Source of the DNA: Monocercomonoides exilis PA203
Lineage: Eukaryota > Protista > Preaxostyla
Direction of reading: 5' to 3'
Assembly: GCA_001643675.2 (NCBI GenBank)
Contig: LSRY02000019.1
Span: forward strand, 1,116,001 to 1,180,000
DNA length: 64,000 nt
The notes beneath the pieces were generated by a model. That model made no database searches, was not told the DNA's origin, and saw only the letters and a list, made by a program, of their open reading frames with translations. A program made the translations under genes and the position numbers. Below, piece by piece: positions 14,209 through 25,170 of the stretch. Position 1 is the stretch's first letter; each line of letters starts with the position of its first letter.

Positions 14209-15525
14209 TTACTTCTTGACTGAAGCATTGGCTTGTGCCCAGAACTCGTTCACGTTCACCAACTGCGCCTTTGTGGGGTTGACTGTAATCTTCCAAATGT
14301 TCTTGTCATCAGGTCCTGTGTAGCCCACAGAAGTCATGAAATCCTCCCATGTTGCATAGTTAAACATCGGCGATTGCATCATTGTGCAGAACACCTCAAA
14401 GCAATACTCATCTGTGGTCTTGTCGTCATACAGCGTGACTGTTGCATGTGGATTCTGGCTTATTTGCTCTGCCTTCCCGCAGAAGCGCGATCCCATCCAG
14501 AAACCAAGTGTAGGATGGAACGAGATTCTTCCCATCATCCGCGAGTGAGGTACACCTGCTTTGTCTACTGTCGTCAAGAAGCACGGCTTTCCAGTCAAAG
14601 ATGCGCGATACATAATTTGCGTGTCACGGTCATATGCTGGTGGCTCGCATACAAGCACCTCAGGAACATTTGTTGAGATTACGTGCTTTTCCACTGATCG
14701 CAAAGCATATCGCAGAATAACCCACTTTGGATCCTCTGGACCCGCGTAACCATACGTCTTTAATGAATCGTTCCACATCTTCTTTTTCGTTTCCAACGTT
14801 CGATCAACCCAGCACACCGCATCCACAACAACCTGGATCATATCCTTCTTGTTCACAAACAACAGATTCACATTCGGGTTGGCATCAATCTCCTTCACCT
14901 TCTTTGTGTTTGCACCAGTTACATGTGCAAGGCCAAATTCTGTGCTGTAAATAGTCTCCATCATTCGGCTCTCCTGGTGCAACGCATTCCATGTAATCAA
15001 ATACGCGTTTTTGTCGACTTCCATCGCTGCACGCACTGCAGCCATGGCCTCCTCGTTCTTGAATGGGCCTGATGGCAATGGCTTCAGAGGCGCTTTTCTG
15101 TCGATGTCAAATGTATGAGGATCCTGTGGAACGCCAGCAAACACTTTGTTCCCGTGCACAACGGAATGGATTGTGAAGAAGACAATTCGAGCACGCTCAT
15201 CATCTTTCCCTGTGTATCCATATTGTAGCATCTGATCTGTCCACACTTCCGCAATATCCTCCTTTTTCGCCGAAACTCGCGCTGAGCAGTGTGCAACAAC
15301 GTTGTTGTAGTCTCCTTCTGGATACAGAGACAATGTCACGTGCCCGTTCTGCTCAATTTGTCCTACCTTGCGTGTGTTGTTTTTAGTGAAAATGAAGAAC
15401 CCTGCTTTTTCTGAATGTTGAAGCAGAACCATTCTTGAATTCAGGTGCGTTCCACATCCGGTTGAAAGCACACTCCAAAAATACTCTTTTTTATGAGACA
15501 AAAAATACTTCTCGGCTTCGGTCAT
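14209..15525 (-). CDS. Triple-domain FMN-binding split-barrel protein (general stress protein 26/YdaG, pyridoxamine 5'-phosphate oxidase-like)
   Basis: Intronless 438-aa ORF with three ~140-aa repeats. Each carries L.T...SRM(V/M), K..QI..N..V.L and W...(Y/V)GY.G.(D/E)D motifs typical of YdaG/PNPOx-like split barrels. Confidence 0.8.
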   Translation of the reverse strand: MTEAEKYFLSHKKEYFWSVLSTGCGTHLNSRMVLLQHSEKAGFFIFTKNNTRKVGQIEQNGHVTLSLYPEGDYNNVVAHCSARVSAKKEDIAEVWTDQMLQYGYTGKDDERARIVFFTIHSVVHGNKVFAGVPQDPHTFDIDRKAPLKPLPSGPFKNEEAMAAVRAAMEVDKNAYLITWNALHQESRMMETIYSTEFGLAHVTGANTKKVKEIDANPNVNLLFVNKKDMIQVVVDAVCWVDRTLETKKKMWNDSLKTYGYAGPEDPKWVILRYALRSVEKHVISTNVPEVLVCEPPAYDRDTQIMYRASLTGKPCFLTTVDKAGVPHSRMMGRISFHPTLGFWMGSRFCGKAEQISQNPHATVTLYDDKTTDEYCFEVFCTMMQSPMFNYATWEDFMTSVGYTGPDDKNIWKITVNPTKAQLVNVNEFWAQANASVKK

Positions 15526-18055
15526 ATTTCAAGTTATGTAAATAACACAATCCAATTAAAGGTTAACTTGATCATCTTTTATTTGTTAAATTTTGGAACA
15601 AAATTTTTTGTTTTAGGAATTTTGTTCCACCCAACATTTTTGAATATTTTTCCACATTCAACAATTTTTCTGAATAATTCCGGTTTGAATCCTTTCTCAA
15701 ATTTAAGAATTCTAATAATTTCCAAAAAGTTTGTTAAAAAAAAAAAAAAAAAAAAATTATACCTGATAAAAATGTGAAAAAATTGTTTATTCTCCTGGGA
15801 AACTGAATCTGGTCCCAAAGCCTGCAAGTTATTGCAATAATCGTTCAATTAAAGCAATAACAGGATGGATTCAGTCTTGTCCTCAATTCGGATTGAACCA
15901 AATTTATCGGATAAGCAAGAATAAACTAATTTTTTCACAATTCAAGATTCAATGATTGAAAAGAAAAAAGGAAAAAATTTAAAAATCGAAAATTTAATTA
16001 AAATAACAAAAGAGTTTTGAAAAAAAAAAGCATGCCTGTCAGTTTCTGTGTATTTCTTAAAAAATCAATGAAGAAAAATTATTTATTAACTCTATTCTTT
16101 TTTCCAGAACATTTCTAACCCTTTTCTTTAAATATAAACTTTCATTTTCTTCAATTTCATTGTTTGTTTCAATTTCTCTTTAATAAACTTTTCTTTTCTT
16201 CTCATCCAAATTCATTTCAATTTTAAATGATAACTCTTTCATACAAACCTTTTCGTTGCAACTCAGCGGTGATGCAAGCACTTTATAACCATTCGATTCG
16301 AAAAGCAAGTATTGTTTCATTCCATTAATAATTGATTTATTCCAACAATTATTCGGTAACTCTTCGTGCCTAGAAAAAGAAGAAGAAAACATTTAAGAAA
16401 AATGTTCAACTAAAATCATTAGAAAAAAAAAAATAAAAATAAAAGATCAAACATCAAAAAGAAGTGCTTTGTTTTATTCTGTTTTTCTTTCTACTTGCTT
16501 GGATCTGAAACTTCATCCATTCGCCCTATTGAATTATTATTAGATATATCAGATATAAAAGAAGAGACAAAAATTGGAGAATTAGAATCATGAACACCAA
16601 AAAGATAAGAATTACACTGTGAGCAAAAAAAATCAATAAGATTGTACACATAATTCAATGTACGATCACCTAGATTATTGTTCAATAACTGTGTTAAATA
16701 ACCAAATTCACTGTCACAATCATTCTTACCATGATGTTCGGCAAAGAATGAAAGTGAGCAGTTTATTTAAAAACAATAAAGAATTAGGAGAAAATGGTGA
16801 ATGTAAAATTTGTGAATTACGAAAATGAGGACCATTATCACAGAAAAAATGAAAAGAATAAACATTGGAAAAAATATCGAAACGTAATAACTTATTTAAA
16901 CACTCCAAAACAAAACGATAATCATGAGATAAAATTTCAGAAAAATAATTAAAACAACATTTTTGTAAAGCTCCAAAACAATCAACATAATAAACAACAA
17001 AACATAAATGAGAGATTTGTTTTTTATTAAAGAAAGATTTACCAGTTTCATTATTTGAAATTGGCAAGCTCCAATTTTCTTTTAAATCCATGATAATAAT
17101 CACTTCATCTTTTTTCAGCTTTTCTTTCTTTTCATAAAAATAATTTCTTTGATGTTGGGCCATTTTTTTATGCTGAATTATTAAATTCAATTCATCATTT
17201 TCTTTTTGGCCTATTTCTTTTCCGTTTCTTTCTGTTTCTAATTTTTTCTTTTCTAAATATTTTCCTCTTTCACAGATTTCACACAAATCTGTTCTTTTCT
17301 TTGATTCTATAAAATTTCTTGTTTTTTTGCAAAATGTCGAATACGACATTTTGACATCAATTTCTTTATTCATGTTTTCAAATAATTCTTTTTTCGTTTT
17401 TTCAATAATTCTCCTTTCATTTAAAGAAAATATTCTTTTTGAAAGAAAATTACTATTTTCGTTTTTTTCTTTTTCAACATTTGCTTTTTCACAAACCTTT
17501 TGAATACCAGAATGCGATTGAACGAAGCAGGTGTTTTCATTATCGGAAGAAGATGTGAAAGTGATATGATTATGTATTTTTTGAATTTGAATTTCTTTTT
17601 TTTTGATTGTTTTTGTAATTATTATTTATTTTTCTGTTGATATTGTTTAATTTTGATTCATCAATTATTTTTTTATTATCTTTGTTATTTTCTAAAGAGT
17701 GGGAGTGTTGAAGAACTCCATGCTCCAAGAAATGCTCAGATGAAGTTGTATTTTCTTTCTCACTCCGCTTGCTTTGGATAATTCCGATCGGCGAATCATC
17801 TCCTCCAATTAACTGAGGCTGTGGATGAATGGAAGAAGCAGCAGGAGTCATTTTTGAACGGTTTTATCCTTAAATAGATTGATAATTTGTTGAAAATAAA
17901 TCATAATTATCAAAAGATGAAACAAATTAAATTTATTTCCGAAAAATAAACCTTTTTTCGCTGTCTTCCATTTTCGCAACTGGCAGAGCTGTTTTTGACC
18001 AGCCATTCTTCTATCTTTTCAAATTGTTCTTTTTCTAGATATTACACCAAAAATG

Positions 18056-18196
18056 ATTCAAGATCGAAAAACTTTAATTCAACATCGAAAAACTTTAATT
18101 CAACATCGAAAATTATTATTCAAAATCGAAAATTATTATTCAACATCGAAAAACTTTAATTCAACATCGAAAATGTTTAATTCAAAATCGAAAAAG
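18056..18196 (+). repeat. Tandem array, ~7 units of 20-21 bp (left MITE arm)
   Basis: Consensus ATTCAACATCGAAAAACTTTA is directly visible. Confidence 0.9.
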
Positions 18197-18721
18197 AAGT
18201 TAATAAGTTCAAAATTTCAATTCAAGTCAAAATCAAGGATATTTTATAGACACAAATGTTGATAATAACCAATGTTTATTTATTGGAAATGTTTTTCTTT
18301 CGTTTTAAACGACTGTTTTCTATGACAAAGACTGATATCAATCGATTCTATTATTAATATGAAAATTAAAAATGTTTTATTTTTTCAGTTTCCAATGCAA
18401 TATATGAATTCAAAACATTTCGTATTCAATAAATGAGATGAAATTCTGTCTTTTTGTGCACAAAACAAGATCATGAACTATCCTATCACTTTTATTTTTT
18501 TTCTTAAATTCCTTGTAATCTCCTGAACACATGTGAAAAGTTTAATTATCACTCAGTTTTATCCTATTTCCACTATTTCACACAACCTAACACCAAAAAA
18601 ACATCAAAAAATATTTTTCTGATTGAAATTTACAAATTTCTCAGATCATTCACTGAAAAAAAAGAAACTGGCATAAGCACAAATTTAGAAAAATTTTTTT
18701 CAAATTTTTAGATGATAAAGA

Positions 18722-18800
18722 ATTTTCGATGTTGTTTTAAACTTTTTCGATTTTGAATTAAAGTTTTTCGATCTTGAATTAAACTTTTTCGATGTTGAAT
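18722..18800 (-). repeat. Tandem array, ~4 units of the same 21-bp motif in inverted orientation (right MITE arm)
   Basis: TTTTCGATNTTGAATTAAA units are the reverse complement of the left array. Confidence 0.85.
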
Positions 18801-20111
18801 AATATTTGGTGTAATATGTCAAAACAAAACACAAAAACATAATTAAAGAAATTTGCAAACTTTTATCATTAACTTTCTTTATTCTCTCTATGTCTGCCAG
18901 GGACTCATTTCTTTGATTGGCTTGCAGATTTTTTGAGTAATAATATTCACTTTTTGTTACCAGCCAGCCATACTCTCTGAGTTCTGTAAGTTGAATTTCA
19001 GAAGAAATCGCAAAGAGAAGAGAAACTCTATCGTTTAGACCAAGCAAAGCGTAGAGTTGAGACAGATTTTTCAAAATATTTCTTAACTTGTCTAAAATGA
19101 GTAATAATATACGTTAATCAGTTTCTGTAATTTTTTTAATTGCAATGGGTTAAATAAATGGAAAATTTACGAAAAATTCAAAAATATAAAAAAATTGATT
19201 ATTGTCAATGAAAATTGCGAAAAAAATATGGAAAACAAGGAATTGATAAAAAATAGTTATTCAATTACAAAAATCATGTATTTTTAACATTTAAATATCA
19301 ATGAAATAAAGATAAAAATTTATAAACTGCAAATTTTTTTTAAAAATTTCAACTGTTGAATAATAATGGCTTGAAAGAATAACGAGTTAAATAAAGAATT
19401 TAAAAATATTTATTGATGTTCATCGAAAAATAGTTTAAAGAAGAAAGGCATAGGTGTATTTAAGGTACATTTCCTATCCTTGTTTATTCTATAAATCATT
19501 GTGATAAATAAAAAGTAGATTTAATAGCAAAACATTTGTATGGACTAGAATTTTGAAATTCGTTTTGTTCCTTGAGAAAAATCAATTTTTTAAAACCACC
19601 CATAAATCTGAGTATTTTTTCAAAATTTTGATAAAAATTGATAATTTTGAAACAAAAAGTTGATGAAAGGCCGTTAATTATTATATTGACCTATTTTAAT
19701 AATTAAAATTTGAAGAATAAAACATTTCAAGAAATAAATATATTAAATCAAAAAATTTGATCGATCCCACAATTATATTTTTAATATCCAAAAAATAAGA
19801 AATTACTTTCTTTCGTCAAGAATTGAACCCCAGCTTGTAAATCTGAGACAAATCAAATGTTTAGAAATATTATAAAAGTGTGCACTGGATGATTATTAAC
19901 ATTTCATTCAATTCTTTACAATTTTTGATTATGATTTTTAGGAAGATTATTTGCATGCAGTTTGAGGATGTTTATGTTACACAATGATGATCGTGAACAA
20001 AGAAACATTGGATAAACGTATGTATGCATTCTTTTCATGAATTAACATTGTTTTATTAAAATTTTTGACAAAACATATAAATTATCATTAATTTTCTTCT
20101 GAAATGAGTAG

Positions 20112-21671
20112 ATGCAAAAAGATATATCAGAATTTAGTGGATTTAAAGAATGCATTCTGAAAACAGAATCGCTGACAGAAATATAGTTCTTTGGGATTAT
20201 TGTTCCATCGAGTTTAAAGATGACAATCACATCTGTGATCGAATCGAGCAGTACAAATGGCGAGCTGTTCATGAAGAATTGTGCGATGAGTGTAAATGGA
20301 GGAAAGTAAAACGCTATTGAATTTTTCTTGATCAAATCGACAGAAAAGATGGTTGAACTGGGGCTTGTCACGATTTCAGATGTGAAATCATCAGTCTCGT
20401 TGTTTTCACTTTCTCTTTCATCAGCAAACATGAATGAACAGGAATACAAAGTGAAACTTTTAAATTGTACACTGCAAAGATTGGAGATTGATGGAAGCGG
20501 AGAGGCAACTGTATTTGGAGGGAATATGGGTGTTGGGATGGTGATGAATGGAAGCAGAATTGAAGGGGCAGTTTCGTCGAAGAGCAAAGAAGGAGGAGCA
20601 CTGAAGATGGTATTGAGTGAAGGAGGATTTGTAACAATTGAAAATAGCTCATTTACTGGATGTGTCTGTGAGAACGGGAGTGAGAGAGGAAAAGGAGGAG
20701 GGATATATCTGGATTGCAGTCTGAATGAAGAAGGATTTCAGCTCTCATCGATTAAATTTTCTGGATGTTCAGCAACAGTTGGGAAGAACATGTTTGTAAA
20801 GAGTGGGAATCTTGTGAATAGTGTGAATACAGAGCGTTTTGCATTTGTTAACACAAATTACGAGGAGGATGGAAATGCATTTGTTGGAGAAGATGAGAAA
20901 TATGGAGAAATGGATCTTCGAGTATTTCTTGTTTCTTTGAGATGGGTGGAGGTGTCTGTATCGACTGGTGGGCATGACACATTGGGATGCGGGATTGAAA
21001 AATTCCCATGTCAATCGATGAAAAGTGGAATTAATCACATCGACAGAAGCGAGACAGAAGGAGAAAGGAAAGTGAAAGTGAAAGATGAAGTGACAATTGA
21101 AGATATTTATTCATTTTCAGATGCACTTGTGATTGAAGGATGTGTGAATAAGGGAGATGAAACCAAACACAAGCCAATTCCTTTTAAAGGGACAATCAAT
21201 GGAGATTCTGCATCGTCTTCTGTTATTTCATCGACTTCCTCGCTCATCTTGATATCTTTGAAGCTGCAGATTCTAAGTCAATTTGTGCCAAATATAAATT
21301 CTTTGATCTCTTCGAGTGGAGTAATTCAACTCGAAAGCTGTTCATTTGACATCCAATCAACAACAGTTATTGTTCAATACTCATTGATATCCACAACCAC
21401 TGAAAGTTGCACATTAAAGGGATGCAGTTTGTCAGATTGTTCATTTGTCAAATCACCATTGGTGATGGCTTCTTCTGTTTTATTTGAGGGCAACAACTTT
21501 TCAAACATTATGAACACTGGAAGCGGTGAAGAAGGAGGCGTTGCAAAAGTGACATTGCAAGGGAATGAAGATTTGGTGATGAAATCAACAAATGCGTCAT
21601 TTTGTTCACTTTCATTAGACAAAGGAAAAGGTGGATTCTTGTATTTGGATTGTTCAGAATGCTTTGATTGA
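20112..21671 (+). pseudogene. Fragment of a large beta-helix/adhesin-like surface protein family
   Basis: GGAL, GKGGGIYLDC, F.GC.A..GKNMFV, G.D...CG....PC and GKGGFLYLDC motifs. The same frame upstream of 20328 has in-frame TAG (20184) and TAA (20307), and the ORF ends abruptly mid-repeat. Confidence 0.6.
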
Positions 21672-22626
21672 AAGACGTTCTGAATCATTTTCATTCATTA
21701 TTTTATTTTTTGTTTTTTCTCACTTCTTCACCCAATTTTTGCTTTTTAAGAAAAATACGATTTCAACTGATTCAAGCAATTAAATGCAGTTATGAAAAAT
21801 GAAGAAATATGAATACATATTATTTGCTTGAAAAAGTGAAGTGAAAAGCATTTAAACGATCATTATTGCGAATAAAAAGATAAGGAATTCCAACACTGGA
21901 TTTTCTAATATTCTGAATGCGAATGTCATAGTGATATAAGGTTGAACATCTTATATATTTTCAATCATAAGAAATAACACAATAATAAAAATGATTCAAA
22001 ACTTGATAAAAAGAAACAAAGATATATATTTATTTTTAAAAAACTACCATTTCATATTATTAATAATAAAATTAACGATTGTTAATAATAAAATGTTCAG
22101 AAAATTATTTATTAAAAATAATTTAAGTTATCCAAATTAATAAAATTAAAATATGGGTTTGATCAAATGATTCCATTTAAATAAATTAAATTTCAAATTT
22201 GTATTTTTCGTGAAAATATCAAACAAATATAAGTGTGCAATGCATTTAGAGACATTCAAGATATTTTTCAGGATTTATATATGTATAATTTTTAATTTTT
22301 TGAAAAAATACTCAAATTTATGGGTCATTTTTTTAAAAAAGTTTTTTCTCAAGAAACAAAAATTTTTGCGAAAAATCGGTCCATAGAAAAGTTTTTAAAT
22401 AATTTTTGCTTTTCAAACATCGCAAAATCAATCTTTAAAAACAAGAATTGCAAAAGGAAGACAGTTACATTTATGCAAAAAAATGAAATGCAAAAATATC
22501 ACAAAAATATTGTTTGTTGAAAAAAAGAATATAAAAATAGATAGATCTTAGTAAAAGCTATTCAAAATATGTCCCCGATTTCATGGACGTTGCCTGATTG
22601 GCTGGTTAATGTCCATTCAAATTTAA

Positions 22627-22627
<1 letters not shown>

Positions 22628-22667
<40 letters not shown>
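22628..22667 (+). repeat. poly(A) tract, 40 nt
   Basis: Homopolymer seen directly. Confidence 0.9.
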
Positions 22668-22668
<1 letters not shown>

Positions 22669-23497
22669 GAAATTTCTCAATGACTAATGAATAAAAATAT
22701 AAAAACAAACTGCAAAAGTATCTGCTGAAACAAGTTAAAAAGTGTGGTGTCTGCGTTGAAATTTATTGGGGACTTTTTGTTGATTTGCAGCTTCAAACAC
22801 CAAAAGTGCCAATAAGTAAAAAAGTCCCATTAAAAAGTTGACCCTAACACTAACTATAAACAACATGTATCGAAAAAAAATTAATGCTAACAATTTATCT
22901 TGATTGAGCAATCCATTATCTAACAATATGAGATGAATACATTTGATAATAATCCGATTTCCATGATGATGATTTTTTTCTGAAAAAGTGGATAATTTTT
23001 CATGGTTTTTGATAAATAATAAAAATCGGGGTTTAATTTCTCATCTTTATTTCGTATATTTACATAATATAACATTAACATCACTTTCTGACATTCGTCA
23101 AAAATCAAAATTTTCACAAAAAAATTATTTTGAAAATACTCAATTTGATAAAATTTGAATAATTTGTTCACCAATTCTAAATAATTACTTAACCAAATTT
23201 AAAGTAAATAGTGTAATATACTATTTTCACAAATAAATATTCCATTTAAAAGCTTGGGAAAATTTCATTTCAATTGCAAAAATTTTAATTTTGTTTGAAA
23301 AAATTACATTTTGAGTGCAAAAAATTTTAATTTGATTAATTTTTGGTATGTTTATTTAATTGTTTAGTTCTTTCTTTCTTTTTCTTTTCTTTTCTTTCTT
23401 TTTTTTTTAATTTCGTTGTGTCTATCAAACAATTAAAGCTTTAAAAAAACAAGAACATAAATAAAACAAATTATTTACAAATTGAAAAATACAACAA

Positions 23498-25061
23498 TTA
23501 ATGGAAACTTTGTTTTTCTTCATTTATTGAAGATTGGGGCCCTGAGCGAGGAGGATAAGATGAATAATATGGCTGCGAAAGATAAGACGATGATGAAGGT
23601 GAAGTTGAAGTAAAATCCGAAAGTGTAGATCTGGCCATGTTCCTTGGATCATCATCAGATCTTTGTGAAGATTTTGAAAGAAAATAATTTAAATCGTTTG
23701 GATATGTTTCCATTTCCCGCTTGTAGCGCGAAGAATGCGCAAAGGATGGATCCCGAGAATATTGTGCTGAATCACTGAGAGATTTACAATCGGACCAGGA
23801 ATCTGTACTACTGTATTGAGGAGAATTCGAAGAATAAGAAGAATAAGGCGAAGAAGATGAAGAAGATGATGTTGAAGATGAAGGATAAGAAGAACGATAG
23901 GCCGAAGTTGGAGTTGTGTCTTGATAAGATGGATAAGATGGATAATCGTATGAAGATGATGAAGTGCTTGGGTAGTCATAAGAAGATGAAATGTATCCAT
24001 CACGAGATGGATACAAATGATCTGATTGAGGAAGTGGAGGAGAAGTAGAATGTGTTTGAGGATAAGGATAGTCATAGTTGGAAGATTGCCCTAAATTGGT
24101 GCTTTGTGGAGCTTTTGAAGAATAATCCACTGAAGATGGATAAGAATCAGAATAAGACTGCTCACGACGAGGATGTTGAGCCGATCTTCTGGGCTTGAAA
24201 TCATCAACATTCCTGAAATCGAAGGGACGTCCGTCTTTTTTGAATGACTGATCTTGTTTTGCATCTGCTATTTCAGAAGCGGGCCTGGAAACAGAACACA
24301 TATTTTGAAAAATATTGTGATATATTGGAAAAATATATTGTATAAAATTATTAATAACTTTTTTTCGAACCTCTCTGTTTTACACCTATTGCAATAAGTC
24401 CTTCTTGACCAATTCAAATTTCCGCATCTAACACAATTCAGTTGATTTTTGATAGATTAAAAACAAATTATTAATTTTTGATAAAAAACTGTCAAAACTG
24501 TTTACATGTCCAATCCCCAGGCCAAGCTTCCCTGTTTGAGCGATCTACAAATTGTTGAATAATTATAATTTTAAAATACTCAAAAAATTAACCTTTTTTA
24601 ATATTTGTTCCATATTTTTTAAATGGTTGTTTTCTTTCAGGCATAAACATGTCTTTTGGAGGAGGTTTTCCATACGGCCTGAAAGAAAGTTTTGGGCTTT
24701 CTTCACTCTTTGAAGGAAGAACCTCAACACTTACCACATTTTCATGAAACTTTTTTATGTTTAAATTGTTAGGATAAGTTATAACGAAAATTATTCAGTT
24801 GTTTCTTATTAACATGAGTTCACAGACTTTCTTTCCGTTATACCACTCTACAGCACTGTCTGCTGCATCACTTTCAGAATATGTTATAAATGCATCACAA
24901 CTTGGTTGACTTTCTTCATTTTTTTTAATAGTGACCTTTTGTTCACCAGTTTCTCTGTCTATTTCAATTATACCAACCATTTGAAACGCTTGAATAAGAT
25001 CCTCTTTTGTAACCAGAGGAGAAAGACCACTTATATGAATTATACGACAGTCTTTTGACAT
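23498..25061 (-). CDS. FET-family-like (EWS/TAF15/FUS) RNA-binding protein: RRM + RanBP2 zinc finger + C-terminal S/Y-rich region; multi-exon
   Basis: The exon 1 RRM IHISGL...DRETGEQKVTI...DAFITY...AVEWYNGK matches the FET-type RRM with its extended loop. Downstream mini-exons encode WPGDWT-C and CGNLNWSRRTYCNRCKTER. The last exon is ORF 23498..24301. Confidence 0.8.
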
Positions 25062-25170
25062 TACAACTTTTAAATATCTAATTAACAAAAAATTTTACAA
25101 CTATTCACTTTGAATAAGCCCATAAAAATTTAAATTATTGAAAGATCAAAGCAGATCACAGTTCGCTGGG
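25062..25170. promoter_or_regulatory. Putative bidirectional promoter (FET-like / WDR48)
   Basis: Only ~110 bp separates the divergent ATGs. Confidence 0.5.

Larger units (their letters stand above)
18043..18813. mobile_element. Non-autonomous foldback/MITE-like element with subterminal 20-21-bp tandem repeats
   Basis: Inverted termini TACACCAAA...TTTGGTGTA are flanked by ATAT on both sides (18039-18042, 18814-18817). Arrays of ATTCAACATCGAAAAACTTTA units lie in opposite orientation at each end. There is no internal coding capacity. Confidence 0.8.
16180..19074 (-). mobile_element. Decayed intron-containing DDD transposase gene (Sola-like; superfamily assignment tentative)
   Basis: Motifs TDLCEICE...H, IIIMDLKENW and FCDNGPHFRN lie in ORF 16726..17373. 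FFAEHHGKNDCDSEFG follows in a shifted frame (~16700-16750) and runs into ORF 16491..16685. Upstream exons are ORF 18700..19074 and KEQFEKIEEWLVKNSSAS at 18034 downward. Frameshifts are present. Confidence 0.65.

Noticed and set aside
18056-18196. CRISPR-like array
   Set aside because: Units are contiguous with no unique spacers, there are no cas genes, and the context is eukaryotic. The array is explained as a MITE arm.
15800-19900. Outer terminal inverted repeats for the transposase-bearing element
   Set aside because: No convincing TIR pair found by eye.
20184-20309. TAA/TAG read as Gln (alternative code known in some oxymonads)
   Set aside because: Multi-kb Gln-rich ORFs use only CAA/CAG, and conserved genes end in TAA/TAG, so these are pseudogene stops.
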